Assembly (NCBI GenBank): GCA_903889905.1
Contig: CAISZI010000048.1
Span: forward strand, 70,668 to 134,667
Source: Candidatus Wirthbacteria bacterium
Lineage (GTDB): Bacteria > Patescibacteriota > CG2-30-54-11
Direction of reading: 5' to 3'
DNA: 64,000 nucleotides
Below, one piece after another: positions 19,992 to 29,844 of the stretch (within the stretch, counting starts at the first letter, position 1; every line of letters starts with the position of its first letter). A program made the position numbers and the translations under genes. Under the pieces are notes generated by a model. That model saw only the letters and a list, made by a program, of their open reading frames with translations. It was not told the DNA's origin and ran no database searches.

Positions 19992-20537
19992 TTACCCCCT
20001 TTGCAAAGGAGGCGCGGGGGGATATTTCCCCATTTTCACTCGCCTGTATTCATAAGCCGCTACGGCAAAACTGCTTGCCACATTGAGCGACGCTTTTTTG
20101 CCCCACATGGGAATCTGCACAATCTGATCAGCTGCCTCCAGCAAGTCCGCATTCACTCCACCCACTTCGTTACCAAAAACACCCAACACATTTAGTGGCC
20201 ACTGATAAGCAAACAAATCCACGGCGCGTGGTGCAATCTCAAAGGCAGCAACCTTAAAACTTGCCCAATCCCAACCACTTATATCACACCAGTCGCAACG
20301 GGCCTCCGGCTCGAACTCACCTGCACGACAATTGGCCATAAACCTGAAGGCATCTTCCACGTACAACCAGGGCACTGAGCGTTCGGCCCCGAGCGACGTT
20401 TTGGGCAGTTTCGGATGTGGCGGATAGGCCGTGCAACCAGCCATCACCACCGCGTCAATGCCCGCACAATCGGCAGTGCGTAAAATGGATCCCACATTGT
20501 ATGCCGAGCGGATGTTATCCAATATAGCTACAAACAC
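19992..20537 (-). CDS. SPOUT (SpoU/TrmH-TrmL family) RNA 2'-O-methyltransferase
   Basis: N-terminal NIRSAYNVGSILRTADCAGID and C-terminal IPMWGKKASLNVASSFAVAAYE motifs. A ~30-aa Cys-containing insertion lies between them. Confidence 0.6.
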   Translation of the reverse strand: MFVAILDNIRSAYNVGSILRTADCAGIDAVVMAGCTAYPPHPKLPKTSLGAERSVPWLYVEDAFRFMANCRAGEFEPEARCDWCDISGWDWASFKVAAFEIAPRAVDLFAYQWPLNVLGVFGNEVGGVNADLLEAADQIVQIPMWGKKASLNVASSFAVAAYEYRRVKMGKYPPAPPLQRG

Positions 20538-20643
20538 TGCACAGTTACCAGATTAATCAAACATAAGGCGAAGTTTTACTTTTTGGTGCCAACCTATTAC
20601 AATTTCGTTGACTAATTTATCCATACCTGACAAGCTTATCACG

Positions 20644-21798
20644 ATGCAGAAAACAATCCAACTGTGTGCGCTCATCGTTGTTCTGATTTTGCCATGGGGT
20701 ATTTGCCCGGCGCATGCAGCCGTCCACCAGTTTTATAATGCCTCGCTCGAACTCAGTGATTCCCGTCCTCTGACTCCCAACGACTGGACATTGGATATGG
20801 TAAATGTTCAACCTATTCCTCCAGGTGGACAGATCGTCATCACACCGCAGGCCGGAGAATTTACGATTCCGGTGGGGATGGATTTTCATGACCTTGATCT
20901 CTTCACTGGTACTGACCAGACACTGGCAGCCGCTCCAGGAACTGGCGCCGGATCCGCTTGGGGCGTCAATGTCGTAAATGGCACCAGTGGCACAATCACC
21001 CTGATCAACAACGATACAGATACGATCACAGGGGACACGCGCATCATCGTCCATATTGGCAAAAATGCTGTCATTGGTAGCGTCGGCACCCATCAGATCA
21101 GCAATCCGCTCAAACAAAATAACGTCGGTTCCGCCGATATCTGGCGCGTCGACGTCAGCTCCAAAACGGGTGGAGGCGGAGACATCGACAGCATCGTCTT
21201 GCTCGTGGCCACCATTGAACATGTGAATTTTTATGCCGGCCCCATGCCGCACATGACCTTTGACATCACCGCCATTACCCCTCCCGCAGGTGGCACCATT
21301 GCCGCCAACTACATTGACTGGCGCGGTCTCACGGCGCTCACGCCCAAAACCGCCACGCTGCGCGTCAAAGTCAACACGGACGCCCAGAATGGCTTCACGG
21401 TTTACATCCGCCAGGACCACAACATGCTGCACGACCAGGATCCCACCATTGATATCGACCCGATCAAAAACGTTACGGTTGGCACCAACGATTCACCCGT
21501 AATCTGGGCAGCTCCGACGGGCACCGTGATTGGTGTCGACACTGGCTTTCTCGGCTACACCACGACCGACACCACCCTCAACAACGTCGGGGATGGCATC
21601 AATCGTTTCGCCACTGGCACCAAATACGCCGGACTCACCTCTGCCTCTACCCCCGTCCTGTTCCATGACCATGCCACCCAAAGTAACCTCGAAGGCCAGG
21701 ACTTTGCCGACGTCACTTTCCAGATTGAAGTCAACAACCTCCAGCCAACTGGCAACTATGCCAATGACATCATCTTCATTGCCAAGCCCATTTTCTAA
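20644..21798 (+). CDS. secreted beta-rich protein of unknown function
   Basis: Start at MQKTIQL. Signal peptide LCALIVVLILPWGICPAHA, then a Thr/Gly/Asn/Asp-rich region. Confidence 0.4.
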   Translation: MQKTIQLCALIVVLILPWGICPAHAAVHQFYNASLELSDSRPLTPNDWTLDMVNVQPIPPGGQIVITPQAGEFTIPVGMDFHDLDLFTGTDQTLAAAPGTGAGSAWGVNVVNGTSGTITLINNDTDTITGDTRIIVHIGKNAVIGSVGTHQISNPLKQNNVGSADIWRVDVSSKTGGGGDIDSIVLLVATIEHVNFYAGPMPHMTFDITAITPPAGGTIAANYIDWRGLTALTPKTATLRVKVNTDAQNGFTVYIRQDHNMLHDQDPTIDIDPIKNVTVGTNDSPVIWAAPTGTVIGVDTGFLGYTTTDTTLNNVGDGINRFATGTKYAGLTSASTPVLFHDHATQSNLEGQDFADVTFQIEVNNLQPTGNYANDIIFIAKPIF

Positions 21799-21840
21799 GC
21801 AATGCATTTTCCACTCTTCACCCTCTCAATGGAGTGCTGG

Positions 21841-23247
21841 ATGAAATCCTATCAAGCCATCATTCTCGGTTCTGGTCCCGCTGGCTTTACTACCGCCGCT
21901 ATCCTGGCCAGGCATGGCAAACGTGTGGCGATTGTAGAACGCGACCTGGTCGGTGGCATTTGCACCAACTGGGGCTGCACACCCAGCAAGGCCATGATCG
22001 AGTCGGCCAAAGTTGCCCAGATCGTCAAAAACAGCGCCAAGTACGGAATTAATGCCAACCACGTGAGCATCGATTTTGCCAAAGTTGCCAGCCGCCGCAA
22101 TCAAGTTGTCGCGACTAACCGGGCCCAAATCACCGCTTTGCTTAAATCCTATGGCATCGACATTTACCAGGGCGAAGGCGAAGTCCAGACCGGCCATGAA
22201 CTCAAAGTGCGCAGCGGCAACCTCGACCCGGATGGCAAAACCATGCACTACAGCGGCGAAGAAATCTTGCTGCAAGCGGAACACATCGTCATTGCCACAG
22301 GTTCGGCGCCGCTCATTCCCGGCATTATTGATGAAACCGATCCCTCCATCGTCAATTCCAACCGGCTGATTACGATTGACCATCAACCCGATCAACTAAC
22401 CATCATCGGTGGCGGCGTAATCGGACTGGAATTTGCCACTATTTTTGCCAACCTTGGTACCAAAGTCAAAATCATTGAATTCTTTCCACGCCTCCTCGCA
22501 CTCATGGATGATGACATCTCTGCAACCATCACCCAGTCACTGCAGGCACTGGGTGTTGAGATCTTGACCAATTACAAAGTCCTGGCTGTTGAACACGGTG
22601 TGATCAAAGCCGAAAACCAGCAGGACAAAACGGTCGTCGAAATTCCATCGCAAAACACACTCGTCGCCATTGGCCGCAAAGCCGTCGTCCATGCTGCCAT
22701 GTATGACAAACTCGGCCTCAAGTATTCACCCAAAGGCATCGCAGTGGATGACTACCTCGCGACCAGCGTGCCTGGTATCTGGTCAGTGGGCGACGCGACC
22801 GGTAAATCAATTCTGGCGCACGTCGGAATCCAGCAGGGAACGATCTGCGCGCACAACATCCTGGCCGCAACTCCGGCAGACCGCAAAGTCATGGATTACA
22901 GCGTGATTCCCGAAGTTGTCTACTCCATGCCCGAGATCGTCCGCATTGGCCAACTGCCTGAAGACCAAACCGGCATCCAGTCATTCAAAGTCCCCTTCAG
23001 TGCCAACCTGCGCGCCTCGATCGAAGACAACACAACCGGCTTTATCAAAATCTGGGTCAAGGATGAAATTCTGATTGCCACCCAGATGATCGGCTATACC
23101 GTGTCAGAGATTGCGCAGGAAATGGCGAACATGATCGCACTCAAAACGCCCATCCGTTCTGTCATCAACATCATCCATGCGCATCCTTCCTATGCCGAAA
23201 TTATCAAAACCGTACTGGAACTGGCTATTGGTGAAGCGCTGCAATAA
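21841..23247 (+). CDS. dihydrolipoyl dehydrogenase-family (class I pyridine nucleotide-disulfide oxidoreductase)
   Basis: Start at MKSYQAI (GGAG 6 nt upstream). FAD motif ILGSGPAGF, redox-active disulfide GGICTNWGCTPSK, NAD motif IIGGGVIGLEFA, C-terminal HAHPSYAE dimer-interface His. Confidence 0.75.
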   Translation: MKSYQAIILGSGPAGFTTAAILARHGKRVAIVERDLVGGICTNWGCTPSKAMIESAKVAQIVKNSAKYGINANHVSIDFAKVASRRNQVVATNRAQITALLKSYGIDIYQGEGEVQTGHELKVRSGNLDPDGKTMHYSGEEILLQAEHIVIATGSAPLIPGIIDETDPSIVNSNRLITIDHQPDQLTIIGGGVIGLEFATIFANLGTKVKIIEFFPRLLALMDDDISATITQSLQALGVEILTNYKVLAVEHGVIKAENQQDKTVVEIPSQNTLVAIGRKAVVHAAMYDKLGLKYSPKGIAVDDYLATSVPGIWSVGDATGKSILAHVGIQQGTICAHNILAATPADRKVMDYSVIPEVVYSMPEIVRIGQLPEDQTGIQSFKVPFSANLRASIEDNTTGFIKIWVKDEILIATQMIGYTVSEIAQEMANMIALKTPIRSVINIIHAHPSYAEIIKTVLELAIGEALQ

Positions 23248-23370
23248 GTCCGATTGTACAATTTGCCATTACTTAAAATTTGTAAATTTGTTAATCTTGT
23301 AATTAGTTTTGCATTGTGCTATAAATTTTGTGGAAAATAAAAATTCCAACATTCAAAAAGTAAGTCAAAA

Positions 23371-23401
23371 GGCCTTGTTGGCGCGACAACGGGCCTTTTT
23401 C
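23371..23401 (+). terminator. putative Rho-independent terminator downstream of the lpd-like gene
   Basis: GC-rich imperfect hairpin ggccttgttg-gcgc-gacaacgggcc followed by TTTTTCG. Confidence 0.4.
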
Positions 23402-23499
23402 GTATCCGGATTTATGGACTCGATATTTATCAGGGCTCCTAGTATAATCAACGCGTCTCACCTCACATCCTCCCAATTCAATCAAAGGGAAAACCAACC

Positions 23500-24369
23500 A
23501 TGCTCAAACCAAAACAGACCCAAAAAATCATTTACTACACCGTTATTACCCTGATTTTTGTACTGGCATTTCTGGTTATCCTCTCTGCCATGCCACTACC
23601 GGGTGGCCTCCGTTTTTATACCAGCAAAACCGACAATTTAAGTCCCGATCTTCCCAATGGCAGCCTGTTCGTTGTTCAACCCCAGGACAATTATCAGGTT
23701 GGAGATATCATTACCTTCCTCACCACCGATTCCACATCAGGTAACGCCATAGAGGTGACACAACGCATCGTTGGCATCACAAGTGGCGGCACCAATGCAT
23801 TGATCACAACCAAGACTGACCGCAATGCAGCCGCAGCCCTCACCAGCACACAACCCGTTAACGTAACCGGCAAGCTCAAATTGGTCATTCCACTGCTTGG
23901 GTTTCCTGTTGCCTTTGCACACACACTGCTTGGACTGATTTTACTGATTATTTTACCTTCACTGGTTATTATTGCCATCGAGATCCAGTCCATCATCCGC
24001 GAATCGCGTCACCTCATCAGTGAGCGCCGCAGCCGTCAGCTGACAGCCATGGAACAAGTGGAAGTGGCGGTAGGTCAGAAACTGGATAAAGTCGAAAAAG
24101 CGATCATCAGTGATGTCATTCAAGTTGAACACACCCTGGAAAAAGTCGAACAGTCACTGACCCGCGAAATAGCCAAAGAAGCCAAGGCCATGGAAGCAGA
24201 AGTCGACAATACGCCTGCATTGGTTGCCACAAAGCCGACCACAGTAACCCCTGCCACGAAGACTGCTGCCAAACCGCGCAAGCCGCGTGCCACCACAACA
24301 ATGGCAAAGCGTGCTCCTGCCAAACGTCCCAAAACACCGATGGCAAAGACTAAAGCAAACCAATCCTAA
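23500..24369 (+). CDS. SipW/Sec11-like (S26B-type) signal peptidase homolog with degenerate catalytic motifs and a C-terminal coiled-coil/Lys-rich extension
   Basis: 289-aa ORF. N-terminal TM anchor, conserved blocks (GSLFVVQP…GDIITF…VTQRIVGI…TKTDRNAAAAL…C-terminal TM) resembling SipW/Sec11. The SGSMEP Ser motif and the catalytic His appear replaced (SKTDNLSP, Q). Confidence 0.4.
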   Translation: MLKPKQTQKIIYYTVITLIFVLAFLVILSAMPLPGGLRFYTSKTDNLSPDLPNGSLFVVQPQDNYQVGDIITFLTTDSTSGNAIEVTQRIVGITSGGTNALITTKTDRNAAAALTSTQPVNVTGKLKLVIPLLGFPVAFAHTLLGLILLIILPSLVIIAIEIQSIIRESRHLISERRSRQLTAMEQVEVAVGQKLDKVEKAIISDVIQVEHTLEKVEQSLTREIAKEAKAMEAEVDNTPALVATKPTTVTPATKTAAKPRKPRATTTMAKRAPAKRPKTPMAKTKANQS

Positions 24370-24536
24370 CCGTCAGCCGTTGCCGACAAATTGTTTTGCG
24401 CAGCACCGTCTTTCGCGCGTAGCAAATCCGAGGCCCCAACAGCGACGCGAGGGCAATACGCAAAGACGGTCTACCTTTACATTTTGCAGCATTCATTTAC
24501 ACTTGATTTCTGCTTATTTTTATCCACGGCACCCCC

Positions 24537-25004
24537 ATGCTCTTCCGCAAAGCCACATTCGCAGACGTCGAAGCCATGCACGCACTCATTAACCACTATG
24601 CCAAACAGGGCGCCATGCTCGCCCGTTCGCGCAACATGCTCTACGAGACATTACGGGATTTCACAATTGCCGAAAATGACAGCAAAGTGATTGGTATTGG
24701 CGCATTGCATATGATCTGGGATGGACTGGCTGAAATTCGCGCTCTCGCCGTGGACGAGACTCTGGCCCGCCAGGGAATCGGGCGTAAGATCGTCGTCGAA
24801 CTCACGCGTGAAGCCCATGAACTCGGGGTCAAAACACTTTTTACACTGACCTACCAACGGGTATTTTTTGAAAAACTGGGTTTTGTCGTCACGACTACCG
24901 ACAAAGTATCCCAAAAAGTCTGGAAGGAATGCATCGACTGCCCCAAATTCCCCAACTGCGACGAAATCGCCATGAGCCAGGAACTTACGCCCCAGACTTG
25001 CTGA
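24537..25004 (+). CDS. GNAT family N-acetyltransferase (ArgA-like short amino-acid N-acetyltransferase)
   Basis: 155-aa ORF with acetyl-CoA binding motif ARQGIGRKIV and overall similarity to the N-acetylglutamate synthase C-terminal domain. Confidence 0.6.
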   Translation: MLFRKATFADVEAMHALINHYAKQGAMLARSRNMLYETLRDFTIAENDSKVIGIGALHMIWDGLAEIRALAVDETLARQGIGRKIVVELTREAHELGVKTLFTLTYQRVFFEKLGFVVTTTDKVSQKVWKECIDCPKFPNCDEIAMSQELTPQTC

Positions 25005-25884
25005 TCGGCTTGGCTGTAAGCAGATTTCGGAGTGGTGTGATGAAAGCACCGGATGCAATCAAACATCCCCCCAGAACAGCCTGCCAAGAAAGTATTTCAC
25101 CGTAAAGCAGCAACCCAAACAAAGACCCAAATACGACTTCCAGTGGCAAAATCACACTCGCCACCTGTACTTCCAGGTGTTTGAAGCCATACAAACAAAG
25201 CCAACCAGCCCCGACTTGTGTCAAGACATTTAACCCAATGCCAACCCAGGCATTAAACTGCAGGGCGGGAAAACCTTCGTGCGCCAGCAGCATGCCAAGC
25301 AGGCCAAGGACAACTCCACCCACGGCGCTGACCAAAACCAGCTGCAACCCGCCATAATGCGATGACAATTTTTTGCTATAGGAATTCCAGAGTGAAGTCG
25401 TGACGCCTGACGCCAAAGCAAGACTGCCAAAAAGCAATAAATCCCGGTTAAAACTAATCGCATAAATGATCGCAAGTCCAAAAAGGCACAAGCCAATGGC
25501 GGCAAGCTTATAACGGTCAATCTGTTCACCAAAGGAAACCTTACCCCAAATAATCGAAAAGGTGATCATGCTGGCGTAGAACAAAAAATACGTGGTGCCC
25601 ATACCCAAATGGTTAAACGCATAAAACAGCATAAACACCGACGGCATGGCCACAATCATCCAGAACAAAAACAAACGCCAGTGTTTGGAATGAATGGCAG
25701 TCCATTGTTTACGGTGCCAGAGGAAGTACACAGCCAATAAACCGATGACTACGGACGAATCCAGCAAAGCAGCATTGTAAGGACCCAAAACAGTTCCCAT
25801 CAGCCTCAAGCTGGTGCCGTAAAGGCCATAAAGCAAGGCGGCTGCCATCAATGCCAGGGAACCTCGCAGCTTGTCTGAAACCAT
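24985..25884 (-). CDS. EamA/DMT-family transporter
   Basis: 299 aa, 10 TM helices in two repeated halves. Its 3' end overlaps the GNAT gene by 20 nt. Confidence 0.6.
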   Translation of the reverse strand: MVSDKLRGSLALMAAALLYGLYGTSLRLMGTVLGPYNAALLDSSVVIGLLAVYFLWHRKQWTAIHSKHWRLFLFWMIVAMPSVFMLFYAFNHLGMGTTYFLFYASMITFSIIWGKVSFGEQIDRYKLAAIGLCLFGLAIIYAISFNRDLLLFGSLALASGVTTSLWNSYSKKLSSHYGGLQLVLVSAVGGVVLGLLGMLLAHEGFPALQFNAWVGIGLNVLTQVGAGWLCLYGFKHLEVQVASVILPLEVVFGSLFGLLLYGEILSWQAVLGGCLIASGAFITPLRNLLTAKPISKSGA

Positions 25885-25904
25885 TTTTTTACCTTATCTG
25901 CAAA

Positions 25905-27101
25905 CTAGCTGGCCAAAGGTCGCCTGACTCGACAAATTAAACTCTTGAGATACGTGCCTTCAGAAAAATACAACGACCTCGGATGATCCGGTGCCTGCGC
26001 TACAATGTCAACCAATTCCAGGGTTACGCCAGCCTGCAGCGAGGCGCGGCGCACGATCAGCTCCAGTTCAGATTGGGGCAAAAAATGTGAACAGCTGGAG
26101 GTAACAAAAATGCCATTATCCTCGACCAGCCGCAATGCCGCCCGGTTCAAAAAGTGGTACGCTTTTTTGCCTGCTTCCAGGTCATGCTGTGACTTGATCA
26201 AGGCCGGCGGGTCCATGATCACCATGCCATACGTCGCAGCAGGTCCGCGATCCAGCCATTGAAAAATATCAGTACACAGCGTGCTGACACGTCCCTCAAA
26301 GCCATTGCGCGCGGATTCGCTGAGCGACTGACTGAGCGCCCATTCCGAACTGTCCACATTCATTACCTCGCTCGCGCCGCCATACAAAGCATAAATAGAG
26401 GTGGCACCGGTATAACTGAACAAATTCAGCACTTTCTTGCCCGCTGCCAGCAACTCAATCCGCTGGCGCAAAACTTTTTGATCCAAAAAAAATCCGGTTT
26501 TCTGGCCCTGGAGTGGATCCACCACAAACGGGTGTTGGTTTTCCATAATGCGAACGCCACCTTCGAGCTCACCCCATCGTATGCCCTGCTCCTGCAACAG
26601 TCCTTCTTCCTGCCGCACCCCGATGTCGCTGCGTTCGACAATTGCCCTTGGCGCAAACAATTCTCGAATCACGTCAATCAGCGTGGGCCGGAACCGTTCC
26701 ATTGCTGCGGTCGATATTTGCATGACCCACACATCGGCATACCGGTCGAGAACAAGTCCTGGCAGTCCATCGACCTCACCAAAGACAACACGATAGGCTG
26801 TTGTCGGCGTTGTCGGGCCAAAACCAGCTTGCAAGCGCCGTGCATAAGCCTGTTCCAGTTGTAATTTTAGCCAGGCGGGCGTGATTTCCACATCGGTGAA
26901 ATCCCACAGACGAACCGCGATCATCGATTGCGAGGAATAACTGCCAACGCCCAGAATGCGGCCATCATGAGCCTCCACCCTGACGAGGTCGCCACTAAGC
27001 AGCGCCTGCGGCAGGACATCGATGGCGCCGGAAAAAACCCAGGGATGGTGATAACTGGCACTGACTTCACGGCCGGATTTCAATTTGATGCTGGGATACA
27101 T
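25905..27101 (-). CDS. rlmI: 23S rRNA (cytosine-C5)-methyltransferase RlmI-like (PUA plus class I SAM MTase)
   Basis: 398 aa. N-terminal PUA-like region, then SAM MTase motifs (LNLFSYTGATSIYA, DPPA). Confidence 0.7.
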   Translation of the reverse strand: MYPSIKLKSGREVSASYHHPWVFSGAIDVLPQALLSGDLVRVEAHDGRILGVGSYSSQSMIAVRLWDFTDVEITPAWLKLQLEQAYARRLQAGFGPTTPTTAYRVVFGEVDGLPGLVLDRYADVWVMQISTAAMERFRPTLIDVIRELFAPRAIVERSDIGVRQEEGLLQEQGIRWGELEGGVRIMENQHPFVVDPLQGQKTGFFLDQKVLRQRIELLAAGKKVLNLFSYTGATSIYALYGGASEVMNVDSSEWALSQSLSESARNGFEGRVSTLCTDIFQWLDRGPAATYGMVIMDPPALIKSQHDLEAGKKAYHFLNRAALRLVEDNGIFVTSSCSHFLPQSELELIVRRASLQAGVTLELVDIVAQAPDHPRSLYFSEGTYLKSLICRVRRPLAS

Positions 27102-27433
27102 GCATTCTCCTTAACAAAAAGGCATACCCGCAACGAAAGCGACTATGCCTCTGTAACTTTCTCAACACCACCCTATTTAACGTAGTGTGATTTTTTTGCC
27201 TTGGCGACGACGATGTTTTTTGGCAGCCTGTTTGCGTGCTTTGTTCATGGTTTCCATCAAAATAAAGCTAAAGTGACTTGCTAAGATTACGCAAAAAACG
27301 TCCATCCGTCAATGTGACACGGCCCGCAACCCATAGGTTTTAACATTTTGGATGGACAAATTATGCTAACTTTAAGGCACAATTATCACGATTGCGATCA
27401 ATTTATTCCGGTCATGATTTACTTAAGCCAACC

Positions 27434-27889
27434 TCAGTCAGCGCAGTCGCACTCAGGCACACACTGACGCAGCCGTCTCAGGTGGCCAAAGATATGTTTC
27501 TCCAGCCGCTTCACGCTCGCAGCAAAAAGCCACTCTTTGGAACGGTACCGCAGTGGTACTTTGTCGTTCAGCACATTTTCACGCCTTGAAAGCAGCTCGA
27601 TCGTGCGCTGCGCCTCCAACAGTCGCCCCAGCAGCACGTCCACCGGCACCAAATGGTTAAGCATCACGGCTTCGGTATTGAGGTCTTTGAAATCACCCTG
27701 TGGCAAATCCCTTTTTTTGCCCTCGCTGAGCGCAATCAACGTCTCGGCAAAATTTTCATGCCAAAAAACCAGATGGATCAAGATCTCACGCGGCCCCCAG
27801 CCATCCAGCGCCAGTTGATCAGGAGTCAAATGATTAATGTAAGCAACAAAGTCATCGACGGTTGCATGTAACTGTTCCAAAACGAGCAT
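27434..27889 (-). CDS. DinB/ClbS-DfsB-like four-helix-bundle protein
   Basis: 151 aa. Conserved HLVFWHE and W/H-containing helices typical of the DinB_2/DUF1706 superfamily. Confidence 0.4.
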   Translation of the reverse strand: MLVLEQLHATVDDFVAYINHLTPDQLALDGWGPREILIHLVFWHENFAETLIALSEGKKRDLPQGDFKDLNTEAVMLNHLVPVDVLLGRLLEAQRTIELLSRRENVLNDKVPLRYRSKEWLFAASVKRLEKHIFGHLRRLRQCVPECDCAD

Positions 27890-28017
27890 TTCTGTTTTTT
27901 ATTCCTGCAAAAATTATCAGCCAGTTGACATAATCTCATAGTAATTTTATTCGGTCAATCCAGATACGACAGTGCATTGAGGGCTTATTCTGGTTTGACT
28001 CTGGCGCACGGGGTTGA

Positions 28018-29703
28018 TTACCAGCTGCCGCCGCCACCACCCCCACCGCCACCACCACTGAAACCTCCGCCAAAACCCGATGAACTGCCGGTTGTTGAAC
28101 GAACTGGGGTTGCGGCTGATCGGATGGAGTTAAAGGAATTGTTTAACGCTGAGGCAAACAGCAGGCTGTTAAACATGCGATTGTCGTAAGTTTGATACCA
28201 GTTGGGCTGCGTCAGGGCAATATCTTTGAACCGTTCAGACCAGATCTTTTCCACACCAAAGGCCACCGCATATGGGAGCAATTTTTCAAACATCATCTGT
28301 TTGTCGGCCTGGAACTCCAACTGACGTTCCTGGCTGGTCAAAAAGTGCTTCAGCCCCTTGGCCACGGCCACGGCTTCCACACCAGTCTGGGTCTTGCGCG
28401 CCAGGTTGCGGCCAAAGATGAACGATGCTAAAGCAAGTGGAATGTCGGCAGTCACCAGAGCCAGCACGCCAAGAGCACCAAAGCAGAGCTGGTACGTCTG
28501 TGGATTGCCGACAAAGTATTGCTCATCCAGCAACGCTTTCATGATCTGCTTCTTCACATTGGTTACGGTCGTGACCAGTTCTGCATTTTTGAGATGACGT
28601 TCGGCACCTGTGCTGAAAATGCCATCAAGTAACGTTTTTTCAAACGGCTGGATACTGACATCCCCTTCCCAATCTTTGACTTTGACGAGGTAAAAGTCAT
28701 GTTTCTTGCGTTCTTCGATACGCATCAAACCACGCTGCGCCAGACTGACAATGGTGGCTGAAATTTCCTGCAACCCAGAATTTTCATTGATCAAAGTACT
28801 GGTTTCCGCGGGTGTCAGTGGTCGTCCGGTTTTGGTTTTGGGCGGGTCAAACCAGGCAGTCACGGCGGTGGGTTCTTTGGGGTCACGACCGGATTTGAAC
28901 CATTTCCACACGATCACCACAGGCAGGATCAAATACCATACCAAAACACCGATCAGGATCAAAACCAGCACCACTTTGCCCACGGCTGTGTCAAAAAAAC
29001 TGATGACTTTTTCGGGTTCCAGAACAGCCACTTTGTTGATGGGGAAACCAACAACCACCGTCATGCCTTCAAAAGATTGCAATACGCGTGACGCCGTTGC
29101 GGAGATCGTGTTATCACTCGCGGTGATCATGCAATCCGACCCGTTGCTGCCCTCGACGCCAGTATAACATTGTAAACGAGTCTCACTGCCGGTAACGCCA
29201 GCGGGCAACGAAATTTGTGCTGAAACATCGGTAAAAGGCGCTTTCCAATGCGTGCCCAGAATATTCCAATATAATTCATCATGGTCCGAAAAATACCTTA
29301 GAGCACCACTGACGCGATAACGGATCAGATATTTTTGGACGCCTGTCACCAGCTGATTGGCGTCACCAATGATCAGACTGAACGTCTCGGGGGTGGTCTG
29401 ATCGGAATAAGCATAGTTCGAACCTCTCTCGTCCTGAACCGACAGCAGATCAATGCGCATGCGGTACTGCGCCCCGTCGCTGTTGGTGATGATACGGGGA
29501 ATGTCACGGTAAATACCATGCTTGTCGGGCGTATTGTTAAAATTATAGACAATGGTTTCGGTAACGTTGATTGTGCCATCCTGATTGATGACTATCGCTG
29601 ACTGATAGGAGTCGACATTTTCCGCTGCATAGCCCGGTTTTGATCCGAGCAGCAACGCGACAAGCACAACCGAACCTGCCAGCACAGCAAGCAATTTGCG
29701 CAC
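28018..29703 (-). CDS. DUF2207-family membrane protein with poly-Gly C-terminal tail
   Basis: 561 aa. Signal peptide, ~250-aa extracytoplasmic domain, TM helices, C-terminal GGGFSGGGGGGGGGGSW tail typical of DUF2207. Confidence 0.6.
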   Translation of the reverse strand: MRKLLAVLAGSVVLVALLLGSKPGYAAENVDSYQSAIVINQDGTINVTETIVYNFNNTPDKHGIYRDIPRIITNSDGAQYRMRIDLLSVQDERGSNYAYSDQTTPETFSLIIGDANQLVTGVQKYLIRYRVSGALRYFSDHDELYWNILGTHWKAPFTDVSAQISLPAGVTGSETRLQCYTGVEGSNGSDCMITASDNTISATASRVLQSFEGMTVVVGFPINKVAVLEPEKVISFFDTAVGKVVLVLILIGVLVWYLILPVVIVWKWFKSGRDPKEPTAVTAWFDPPKTKTGRPLTPAETSTLINENSGLQEISATIVSLAQRGLMRIEERKKHDFYLVKVKDWEGDVSIQPFEKTLLDGIFSTGAERHLKNAELVTTVTNVKKQIMKALLDEQYFVGNPQTYQLCFGALGVLALVTADIPLALASFIFGRNLARKTQTGVEAVAVAKGLKHFLTSQERQLEFQADKQMMFEKLLPYAVAFGVEKIWSERFKDIALTQPNWYQTYDNRMFNSLLFASALNNSFNSIRSAATPVRSTTGSSSGFGGGFSGGGGGGGGGGSW

Positions 29704-29844
29704 GCGAGCCTCACCATAAAGTCTGAACTAGATAAAACTATACTGTAATTTAAAGGCCCAAGTAAAGTAGCCTGAGGAAGTATGACTTGCTCAATTTGCT
29801 TTACCTTTCTATAATCCCATTGTCCACTTTCATAAGGATGCCAG

